Positions 48,270-59,495 of a stretch of 64,000 bases of DNA are shown piece after piece. Positions within the stretch are counted from its first letter, which is position 1, and every line of letters starts with the position of its first letter. A program made the position numbers and the translations under genes. The notes below the pieces were generated by a model that worked only from the letters and a program-made list of their open reading frames with translations, was not told the origin of the DNA and searched no databases. This DNA comes from Paraphysomonas bandaiensis (taxonomy: Eukaryota > Protista > Chrysophyceae): assembly GCA_965644295.1 (NCBI GenBank), contig CBFFRP010000406.1, positions 378,275 through 442,274 of the forward strand. The letters are read 5' to 3'.

Positions 48270-51200
48270 ATGGACGTTAATGATTCGATGGATTATTCAG
48301 ATCTAATTGACGATTTGGACAATGAGTTAAATGGAGAGTGTGACTCACCTGGAAGTGATTGTCAAGTGAAAGATATCGTCGAGGAGATTGATTACACCAA
48401 GATTCCCCCTCAGGCTTTTCTTGAGCGCCTCAGTCGTCGAGGACAGTTGTTAACTGAAATACGAAATGCGTATCTTCGTGATGTGATTGCACTTAAGCAT
48501 TTACTGGAAGAGCTGCTCACTGGCGACGAAAGGGCATCCATATTAAACCAGTGGAAGAGCAGCGTTCCAAGCTTAGATCTTCGCCAGCATTTTATGCTGT
48601 ACTCCCCGGGTGAGACGTCTATGGATGTTCTCCCTTGTAATACATGTGGAGGAAGTGTTGAAGTTGTGCATCATGACAGCTCTGAAATCGAGGAACTGTC
48701 GAAGGCACTCTCACACATGGACAAGAACAAGGAGGAGTTACGAGTGATCATCGCCACCAAAAACAACCAGCTTGAATTCGCAGAAAGACAATTAGAAGAG
48801 TTTAAAGTAAAATACAAAGACGAGGTGTGCCGTGTGTTTTAACACTTGTGTAATTCTGAAATATATATCACAGAAACGAGTACTCTATAATCAAATGAAG
48901 GAGCTTCGAGCAGAGAGTGCATCTCTGATCAGTCAAAACGAGCACCTGCAGTCCATGAATCAGACTCTTCGAGCGGAAAACATTGAATTTAAGCTAGTCA
49001 CCAAAGACACGGCTGTTCTTCGAGATGTGCTGGTGAAAACAGAGACGGAAAATAATACTCTCAAAGTGGAACTAAAGCAGGTCGAGGAGTCACTCATAGA
49101 TGCACGAAAGCAAATTCGACTACAAGCTGACAAAATCAATAACCTGGTATATAGTAGTTTCGTTTACACCACAGTAATTAACTGGTATAATTTCTAAACT
49201 TACGCAGGCAGAAAGCTGCAGCTCTCTGTCGAATCAAGTGGCTGAATTGACCCCTGAGTTGGAGCTTGCGAGGGAGTTGACTCTCAAGCACAAGGAGAGT
49301 TCGGATTCCTTTCAGAAAAGGAATGCGAAGCTTCAATTTCTACTAGAATCATCTCGGCGCGAAGTGGAGAGTCTGCAGGTAACTACAGTGGTATTTATTG
49401 TAACCATGACTGATTATGGCGCACAACCTTGCAGGGAATGAAAAGCAGTATAGAGATGGACTATCAGTCTCTTCAGGAGCAGACTACTTCTGAGATGGAC
49501 TCTCTTGAGAGCATGGTTGATACACTTAGGGAAGAACGAGAGGTGATATGGAAGTCGTAACTAATATATATAAAAGTTTTTGCTGGAACACAGGTGCTCA
49601 ACACATCTCTTACGGAAACCAGGGACTTCTTGACAAATACCATCCAGGAGAAAGAGCATCTCGAGCAGGAAGTAAGTACACTGCGTACAACATGCGATAA
49701 TTTTCGCGGGGAAGTTTCTCGGGCCAAGCAACAAGCTACCCAGCTGTCAGACTGCCGTACAAAGATTGAACAACTTACTTCTAAACTCGAAACGGCAACA
49801 ACTAATGCGAACAAGCATCAGCAACGGGCACACATAGCTGAAGAAAAAAATCTCCAGCTAGAGCAGGATCTAATAGCTACAAAGGAGGCACTTAAAGCAG
49901 CAGAAGAAGCATTAGAGAAAGAGAGAGAGAAGAATACTCAATCACAAACCCAGATAGCTGATCCTGGAAGGAATCTTAAAGCCACTACTCTTCGCAGGGC
50001 CAGTGTGAAAGTTAGAGCAGCCGCCAGTACGCGGTTGAGAAGTATGCGAGCTCCAATAAAGAATGGAGAACTTGTTGCGGGTGATTCTCAGTCAGACACG
50101 GCTACAGAGAGTAAGATTGAGTCGATTACCAATGTTGAGAACGAGATTACTACTGACGTAGAAGCTCCAGAAGTGACTAAAATCCATGAGCCGGTATCGA
50201 AATCGAGACGCGCTTCGAGAAATCATCCGCAGGCAGAAGTCACTCAAGATAGTACAGAAAGCAATGGTGCTACAACAGAGAAAGTTGAATTGGTAAACAC
50301 TGTAAAATATAAACCAGTGAATAAGAAACGCGGTAAGGCGAAATCGTCCACGCCGTCTTCAACTCGCCACAAGGCTTTGAATAATTCTGCAGCGAAGAGA
50401 GAGAAATCCAGTAAGGCCATTGCAGAGCGAAACGACCCATATTCTACTGCTGCTGTTGCAGACAGTTTTACTCCACCTTCGGGTGAAGTGCAAGGAGGTG
50501 ATCATGATGGTACAGATACTGCTTCTGTTCGTGAAGTGATGGAGATGGAACTCTGCTCACCTGCAGTTAACCAAGACATAATGAAGGAGGCAAGAATATC
50601 AGATCAATTCAGTGAGAGCGAAAATATGTCTCTTCATTCTGAATCTGAGAGTTCAGCAAGTGAATACGCTAGCGAAAGCTCTGAAGCCGAATCAAGTGAT
50701 GTGCTTGATGAACTTTCACCAAGAGAGAGCAAGTGGTCCCTCCTGAAAACGATAGCGAGTTCCAAACGACTCACACGTTTAGCGACACTAAGCGAAGACG
50801 ACCAAACACCAATGGATGATCCTAAAGTTGTGCTGTCGAAAACAGCTTCCAAGTTATGCAAAGATGCGAGTCTTGCAGAGGCAGTGGGGATGGACACCAG
50901 TACACTTGAATCTTTGAAGGTGCTATCCGGAAAAGATATGGCGAATGACACAGAGTCTAGTGATAGCGAATGTTCTGATGATGAAGAAGATGAACTTGAA
51001 TCTGAAATGTCTGCAGAAATAGCCAAAACATGGGGCTTATTTACGAAAGCTATAAGGGACACACTTGCAGAGAACTTAGAAGAAGAGTTGGTGACAACAG
51101 TGCTACATGTGCTGGCGCCAACCACAATAGAATTTTCTTCGTTAATGGCAAAGTGCACTATGGTAGGGGTGATTATGCTTTTTATTGTATTTTATGATCA

Positions 51201-53085
51201 TTGTGGTCAACTCAGGGATTGTGGAGAGCAATGAAGATTTCAAAAAAAAGCTCTGATTTGTACTGTAAGCTAGGGAAGATGTACGACATAGTGAAGCCGT
51301 GCCTTGGGGGTAGGGCTGATCTTGACGATGTCGAGGATGTAAGCTGATATTTAAAAATAATTGATGTATTAGTAAAATGATATTAACAGGCTAAGGCGAT
51401 GTTAAAAAATAGACAGAAATTAGAAGCTAAGAAAGAAGACTGGATGATGCCGTACAAGATGAACAAGGAACTGATACATGCGCTGAACTCTCAGGTGTTT
51501 GATGAATGTACGTCCAAGCACACAGAGTCGATGCCTGCGCATTATTTCGGATTTGACCCTGCCGTTCGACCTGTAAGTTTTACTCTTTTTGGAAGTAACA
51601 TGATAACAAAATTTCGTAGTTTAAATTTGAAGTAGCGTTAGCAACTATATGCCAGTTCAAAGACTATAGTGATGTAATGATTGACGAAGTCGATAAATGC
51701 TTGTATCGACTTTTTATGGACTGGGTAGATAGTAAAGTTATTGCTACACAGACCGAGGACATGGAATCTTCATCAACTGAAGTTAGGATTGCGAATCTAC
51801 AAAACCGCTTGACAGCTGCTGAAAGAGATGCTTATGACGCGTCGTGCGAATTGGAAGAAGCCAAGCAAAAGATGGAAGAAATGTCTACAGCTGTCAAGAG
51901 AGCAACAGAATACAAGGAGCGCAATGTATACTTAGGAGCTACACTGAAAGATACCACTAAGTCTCTAGAAGAATTGACAGAGAAACACAACAAGTTACTC
52001 GACGATTGGAAGGCTCTAAAGGTATTTGCTCAAGATCAACAATAAGTATTAATAGAATGACTGTGTACACAAAGGGAAACCACGAGAAGTTATGTGAAAA
52101 GCTGGCCCGCGTGTCAAGCTTGAACGATAGTAGAGGCAAAAAGCTTGAAGAGTTGGAAGCGTCATTGACACGAGAGAAAGAGATGCATTCCACAGCAGCG
52201 GAAGGTCTCGCTGAGTTGAAGGAAAGCGAGAGGGCCCGCCTCAATGACCTCGAGACTAAAACAACACAGTGTTATCCGATTAGCGATGATGTAGCCACTC
52301 AGACTGATTTTATCGTCCCGGCGGTAATTCAGAACACTTCGTATTTCAACCACAAATGATTTGTATTTTCAGCTATCTCTACGACATCGGAGCTCCACTG
52401 ATATTTCTCGTAATATCGGTGCATCGAATAAAAAGGTGTTTTTTCCTGTGGTGACTCCTGGATCAGCGGGTGGTTCTGCATCATTGAGTGAGGATTTCCC
52501 TGAAGGGTCTTTGTCGCTTGATATCACGGATGCAACAATAACAAGTTGGAGTGCAATTGACTACACCGATTTTGATGATAGGTAGGCGATGGTATATGTG
52601 ATGGTATACCGAATGTATAACCTTGTAAGGCACAGTGCGAGTGGGTTCGAGTCTCCTAGGGAGGACAAGGAAGCGGCGGTTACAATGCTTCCGAGTGTTC
52701 GAGTACGGGGATCGAGAAGTAATGACGCGCTCTTCAGATCGCAGTGGACAGGCTCTCCGACTGGTGTTCCGGTCCAGCATTCTTCTCCGATTAAAAACAG
52801 AAGTCCCAATTCTCCGATTAAAAACAACAGCCCCAATTCTCCGATTAAGATAGATGTTGTGCGCCCTAGAGGTAGTTGATTTATGGTATATATGCAGAGG
52901 CATAACATTTCATTTCAGGTGACAAATGGGGTTCGTCGTCCAGTATCAGGGCATATCCAAGGACACCCCCACATACATCTCATTACAGCCGCCACTACGC
53001 CACATACAGTCCTGATGAGTCTTCTCCTGTAAGGCGATTGAATAGTCCAATTCAGCTTTCGAGAAAATCTCTACAAACAAGATAA
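48270..53085 (+). CDS. Large multi-exon coiled-coil protein with acidic/Ser-rich middle and SP-rich tail
   Basis: Successive E/K/L-rich heptad ORFs joined by GT-AG introns, a CNTCGG motif in exon 1, and a last exon ending RKSLQTR-stop at 53085. Confidence 0.8.
52783..52849 (+). repeat. 27-bp coding tandem repeat (about 2.5 units) encoding SPIKNxSPN
   Basis: ttctccgattaaaaacagaagtcccaa / ttctccgattaaaaacaacagccccaa / ttctccgattaag. Confidence 0.85.
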
Positions 53086-54041
53086 TGTGACTGTGCGTGG
53101 GTTTACACTGAAAATTTGAATTTGTGTTTTTTTATGAGAACGTGGCGTGTCTGCCTCTGCTAAGCAGTTCTACATTTGATGTTGAATTCATGTGTCGTAT
53201 GCTTTTCAAGACACTATATGTGTAGTATTATTGTGCTGTGTTTGTGCCCGTTTCACGAATTTTGCAGATCATCAAAATTTAAGTAATATTGACAATAGGA
53301 TTATATACATGCGGAAGTGGCATACTATTCAAGTTGAATTATAGTTTATTGTGTTCATTATTCGATCTAATAATTTGTAGCGAGAATAACACTTCAAGTA
53401 GTAAAAGTTCGGGTTTCATCCCCTTCACCGGGATCGGACATTTGGGCATACCCCCGCCACAATAGAGCAATAGAGGCTATCAGATTATGACATAATTAAA
53501 TGGTAAAGACTTTGGTGTTGTAAAATGCAATTTACTGAATGTTGTAATTATACATCCAATGCTTGAATTATAATTTATAATCAATAATCAATCTCACTTA
53601 TTATTCATTGTCAACTTTAATTCATGTTGTCCCAGCTACATATACTATGTTTCACTACTATGTTTCCTATCAAGTTCATGTAATACTGTTAATGAACACT
53701 CTTCAAGTAATACATTAGAACTACAGCTCAACAATGACGAGATATAGTGGCTATATTTCAATTGTATCAACTACAAAATTATGTTACGAAACTTAGTAAC
53801 ACTTACTTCTATTCACACTTAGTAACAACTTACTATACTTCACTTACTTATTATTATAGTAATATATTATATATTCTATATTGCTTTGTTTACGTTTATT
53901 CCATCTCACGCTATAGTAATATATATATCCATTAATATCGAGGCAGAAAGATAACTTACAGTAAATTGAGTATATAGTATCTCTATTGCGGAGTTGCTGT
54001 CAAAACTCTGAGGTTATTTCGAATATGTTAGTAGTTACAGT

Positions 54042-54137
54042 CAGGGCCTGGTAACTATTTATGGTCCATTAATGGTAGTCCAGTTCCCGGTTCCCGGCAA
54101 TTATAATGGTATTACCATTAACGGCTACCAGGCCCTG
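54042..54137. mobile_element. 96-bp hAT-type MITE
   Basis: 12-bp perfect TIR CAGGGCCTGGTA/TACCAGGCCCTG, with 8-bp TSD GTTACAGT/GTTAAAGT (7/8 match). Confidence 0.88.
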
Positions 54138-54447
54138 GTTAAAGTCAAGTAAACTGTGTCCAATCTAGAAGTATAAAATATTAGCTGGGAATTTCAATTA
54201 ACGAAACGTTGAATATCAATAATAAACCCTTCGGCATTTTTCTTAGAAATCGCGTGATCAGTAATAAAATGCTAGATTTTGGTAAGTCAACTGGCCCTGA
54301 GAAAAACACAAGATTGACATTGCAAAAGCGTTGCCAATATATGTCGCAACTTCTATGCTACACATCACACATATTACCACTACATCAAATGTTACCAAAC
54401 ATACAAGGTGCGTAGGACTCTTGTACCACGTATATGACTTCAAGAAT

Positions 54448-55582
54448 TTAGACATCTCTCACGGAAACATGCCCAGAACATTCCGTATCAAACTACACAA
54501 GATACAAATTACGAGTGCGAACCCTTCAAGGGTAACAACATACAACATTACATACATGTAACATCACACATACACTTACTATTTCTGTAAACTGCTTCTT
54601 GCCAGAAATGTCCACAGCAGCGCGCAAGCTTCTGATTTCTTCAGGACGTAGGTGATCTTTCGATTCTCGCAAACTAGTTTCAAACAGAAACACATAACAA
54701 AAACTCACTAGTACTAAATGCTACTTACAGCTCAACGATATAATCATCCAACTGTTCTTTAGATGCACCTGTGGACTCATCCCAATTCATGTCCCATGAT
54801 ACTTGCATGGTTCCTCCATACTCAACAGGTATCTGATCAGCATCAATATGCTCCAAAACACTAGGAAGAAAATCCTTCCCTAAAATCATGAACTTTTCAC
54901 TTGTTCGCGCATCAATAAATGGCTTAAATATTGCATACAGAGCAGGAAAATACCACGGACAATTGATGATGATGAGCTTGTGTAACCTTTCCGGAAAATA
55001 ATTTTGGTCGATGTCAAGTATCTGACGAATGTATCGGATACTTTCCATATCTAGCGATATGCTTACATGGCTCATGTCATTGACAACGATGCATTTCTGA
55101 ATGTCTTTACCGAATTTCTCTGAAGCATATTTGTATCGACTCGAGAAAATGTTGTTGCTTAGGACATGATACTGTACAAGTTCGTCAACAGTAAAATGCT
55201 GTAAAACTGTGGGAAAATAAGACTGAACTCTTCCTGTTTGTTCCCAGTAGATAGGATACCCCTCTTTGCTGAAGCCCTGATGAGCAACTGGAAATAGATT
55301 GCCATGCGGGTGTGCGTCTAGATAAGAGGGAGTCGCAAGTAATGTCAGTGGACTGAGAGGGATGTTATGTAAAGGAAGAGGATCCATCAGTGTGTGTCTC
55401 CACTCATACCACTTTAAAACCATCTCCGATGCCTTGTCGATGCTACCTGCTCTCGCTCGAAGGAACCGCACGCAGTCTCCATCACTCAGAGCGCCGCTGA
55501 TCTTACTTCCCACTGCATCTCTCAGGTCTGATATGTATGGCCTGTGGGCAGCGCTGTCATTGGTGAACACAGGATGAGACAT
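54448..55582 (-). CDS. Sec14/CRAL-TRIO lipid-binding protein
   Basis: DGDCVRFLRAR...WYEWR, GFSKEGYPIY, DQNYFPERLHKLIIINCPWYF...KPFIDART..K, IPVEYGG. The ORF-track stop at 54725 falls in a GTAAGT donor, and two short further exons extend to about 54448. Confidence 0.9.
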
Positions 55583-55947
55583 GTTTACTGATACGTATGA
55601 ATCACTGATAGCTGAGGATGCGACGCTGTTAATGGAGCTGCTGAGGGGATCGCGCTGCGCTGGGATGACTGCGTGTGTCTGTTTATACACTGCAGTGTAT
55701 CCACCATAGCGGAATACGTAAAGTACAGGAAATCATAGGGATCGTAGCCCGTTTAATACTTCATCCGGTCGAAGGATATATTATATCCAATGAGAGAAAT
55801 TTAAACGACAACACTGTCAATTCATTCGTCATAGTCCGTCACGGGACGGAGACGGTATTCTCTACCCGTACAGTCATCTGGCTGTGCTTCTATGCAGGTC
55901 GATCTCTACTTGTACCCAACACAGTCATAGAGTTCGAACAGCAATGG

Positions 55948-57945
55948 ATGCCGCCCCCTATTCATCACAGTAGACTCATTCCCTGGCCCAGAGGCCCTTC
56001 AAGCATATCAGTGCTGTTTCTCCTCTGCGTTGTGATCGAATCAGTGCCGTATAATTCTCTGCTATCGTCTACTTTTACGAACACTGATCAGAGCTTTGAA
56101 CTCTCTTATTTGGACGGGACTCGACTATTCGGAAATATATGCAATGACGTGGTGAGTATAGGCGAATTCAAGTGTGTGACTAGCTTCGGATGTATATCTC
56201 CCCATCACGTAAACTTCCTCTTCTCGAGCGAGGCCAGTGGTATTCTCGGTATGGGTTTCGCCAGCAATGATAAAGGCATCGCCTCCACTAATTTGTTCCG
56301 AGCCATAACGAGTAATGCATCTTATCCATCTTCCCCACCTGAAAAAGTGTTTACTTTGGTGATCGACAAATATCTTGGGGGCGGAGTTCTGCAGCTAGGT
56401 GGATATGACTTGCATAACATCGGGGTTGATGTCAACCGGGCTTTTGATGTATATATCCTCAATGAATGTGATCAAAGTTATGTTGGTACAAAGTCTTCTA
56501 TGGATTGCCCCTTCAAGCACTTTCGCGTGGCGATTGACTATTTGAAATTAGGTATGAATATGGTAGCATGTGTAGCTTTTGAACTTCTGATTGCTAACAC
56601 TGATATATATATAGGAGGCCATGTTATTTATGACAGTAGTACACTGGACAAGAAACTCACTGCAGTGGTGGACTCTGGAACTACTTGTCTGGTGCTTCCA
56701 TCCAGGGCAGGGACTGAGAGGGTGTATACAGGTGAAACCTCATTGTGTTTCACTGCTGTGGATCACACGCATACCGATTTCTTGTATATCTTCTCCGTAT
56801 TTTAGGAATATTCTGGTTTTCATGATGTGTCGTAGATGTGTACAAGTCCTTTTTGCAAAGATTGAGGTCTATTGGGGACTTGTCCACATCTAAGCCCTCT
56901 ATCTATGTTGGAATTGGAGGCAGTGAAGTCGAAATACTCTTTGATACATATAGTCTTGCACTAAATTCGGAGAGCGCAGAATGGCTAGACCACGATGTGT
57001 ACCACAGTTACCCTGTTGGGAGCGGTAACGGCACCATGTCTGATAACTCTGTGGACGATGGTCGCTACTATAGTCGTGCAGATGCCAAAAGTGATGCATA
57101 CGCGTCGGATTCTCCACACCCTGTTTGCGTAATCACAGTTCCAGATTTTCCTGATTTATTTATCCTCGGAGATGTATTTATGCAGAATAGTGCCATTATT
57201 CATAACATGAGTGACCCTCAAAAACCCTTTATCACTATAATTCCTAGAATAGGGAGTACAAGCCGAATTCGAAACAGTCGACTCAATGAATTATCTCATT
57301 CAGAAACCCATGGCCTCGCATTGAATCGGAATAGCTTGTCTAGTACAGGACCTGTTGTATCTCTATCGCTACAGCGACGAAATATATTGAAGAGAAACTT
57401 GATTGAACGGTTCTCTCGCGAAGCCAGTATGAATAATATTATAAAGAATAGAAGCACAACTTCTGACGTGATGTCATCAGTACGTCTTGAAGATATGATG
57501 GGCATCGAATATGTAGCAAGTATAGAAGTTGGAACCCCTCCTCAGAGAAACATTAGTATGATTGTGGACACGGGCTCAGGATCCATGGCTTTAATGTGAG
57601 TTGATATCGTTATATATAAAATTGCTCTGTTCATCTTATGCTATGCATGTGTATCAGCCGCGACTGCTATTGTCTGTTTTTTTGCTTATGATATCACCTG
57701 CTAATTATTGTCATGGCAGTACGGAGGGGTTGCCTTATGACACATCGTATAAGATACCCATCAATAGGATTCTAGTTCAGACACTGTATATTTTATTAGC
57801 AATTATGTCAGTTGTAGTGGGCACGTACATATATATCAAAACCTTTCCTCGGCGAAAACTTGATACAGCCCAACCCTATAGCGATTTACCTTTTGAGAGT
57901 GAGGAACATATCGAGTGTATTGAACTGACTGAATTTCCGGCCTAA
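55948..57945 (+). CDS. Pepsin-family (A1) aspartic protease, type I membrane protein, with circularly permuted motif order; 4 exons, 568 aa predicted
   Basis: Exons 55948-56551, 56615-56731, 56836-57595 and 57720-57945 splice in frame. Order is signal peptide, YNSLLSSTF, flap SYLDGT, GILGMGF, VDSGTT (56671), FILGDVF, prosegment-like linker, EYVASIEVGTPPQ...VDTGS (57567), TM, tail. Confidence 0.85.
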
Positions 57946-58914
57946 ATGGAACTCTTGGAAAAATCGCAGATCGAAAACAGTATTATATTCCAACTAGAAA
58001 AAGGGATATGTGTTGCACTTTCAACACTACCAAGCACTATTGATCAGTTATAGTAAGCTCATTGTTGTTGTTGTTGGTTGAATAGATCGTTTTGTCGTTG
58101 CGATATTATTTTATCCCCATTTTGTCTAAAAAAAAGCTCTTTTTGACCTGATTTTGTCTCTATAGGGCGCTCATATCAGCACCGGGCAAATATAGACATT
58201 CAACTTCAATATTCGGTTCAACAGAAGCTCACTTCTATCTTCATTATGATAATGACAGTCATATGTACGTGATTTCATTATAGTACACAATTATAGAGAA
58301 ACCACAATCATGAGCCAAACACCAAGAGCAGATCATCTAACTCCAGGTCATATTCCATCCTTCGACTGCTGTAGAAGATCACAACGATTCAGTGCAAGTG
58401 ATCTGTCTTCATATCCAGGACTTCGAAACAACTTCAAGAATATTACAGGAGAGTTTAAGTACCATATATGATGCTATATAGGTGGTTAGAAGCAGTGGCA
58501 CCCAGTTCTTTCAGGGTTTGATTAGTGAGTGATGTAGCCTTCGCGACGGGGCTGTATGTATCATTGTAATCGATGCCTTGGATTTGAGTAAAACCCTGTG
58601 CAACCAGTCGAGCTTCTCAGGATATTGTGTGTCTCATATCATACACACATCTTTCGATCACGTGAAACTTGCAGAGGTAAAGCCTGCTGTATATAAATTT
58701 GATGATGCTAATTAAGGCAATAAGAGGCCTCTCTTTCACCTTCAACTGTTTACATTTATCATCACACTTACAGTGTATACATATCACTGATTTGAAACTA
58801 TATGAGTTCTCATTTGTGTTATTAATGTTAATCAAGGAACATCTATTTCTAAATACAGCAAGCATGCTACAAATAGCTATACAATCTAATTAACTTTTCG
58901 ACGTCATGAGGATA

Positions 58915-59048
58915 AGCTACAATTTAACCTAGGGATAAGGAGTATCGTCCCTATTCTAAATTTTAAAACTCGGGCTTTTCGCCCTCGTTTCAGAATTTTG
59001 AGCGCGGGACGATATAGCCTCCTTATTGCCCGTGGTTAAATATAACTA
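58915..59048. mobile_element. Palindromic (fold-back) MITE-like element of about 130 bp
   Basis: Arms pair imperfectly: tttaacc/ggttaaa, ataaggag/ctccttat, tatcgtccc/gggacgata, around a centre ctcgggcttttcgccctcg. Confidence 0.75.
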
Positions 59049-59495
59049 TGTGTATGTACATGCATAGCCCGAACACAATAATATAGTCATATATTGTCCA
59101 AGCTCACCACAGACCACAGTACCAACGTATATTATAATTCAGGAATGATACTTATGAACATCTATTGCTAATAACAAGGCATTCACAACTATATGACTAT
59201 ATGAACACATAAACAATTTTCGGATTGTTAAAGTCAACATTACGTCTGCTAATTGCTGTGGCAGTATATATATGTTCAGTTTAATCAGAAATATTTACGG
59301 CAGTGCTATTGAACCAAAAGAATACTAATATGTCCAGATGAAAAACAATATATCGGTTACAATGCTTACATTTAAAATCCGTAAAAGACACTAGTAACCG
59401 TACAACGTACAATACAATAGTGATGATATCTGTAGAAGAGAACATATTGTGAAACACTCATCCAGGGATTAACAGTTCACTCACAAGGAATTGAA

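Noticed and set aside
50634-51158. Antisense ORFs inside long genes (also 61793-62317, 31218-31688, 44164-44538)
   Set aside because: Shadow frames of the real coding strand.
53405-53465. GC-rich hairpin followed by GAAAC on the minus strand as a hammerhead ribozyme, tRNA or Helitron end
   Set aside because: No CUGAUGA core, no cloverleaf and no CTRR terminus.
55675-55947. N-terminal extension of the protease ORF holding the missing DTG motif
   Set aside because: It starts at a GTG codon, contains no D[ST]G motif, overlaps the divergent promoter region of the Sec14 gene and precedes a signal-peptide-like segment.
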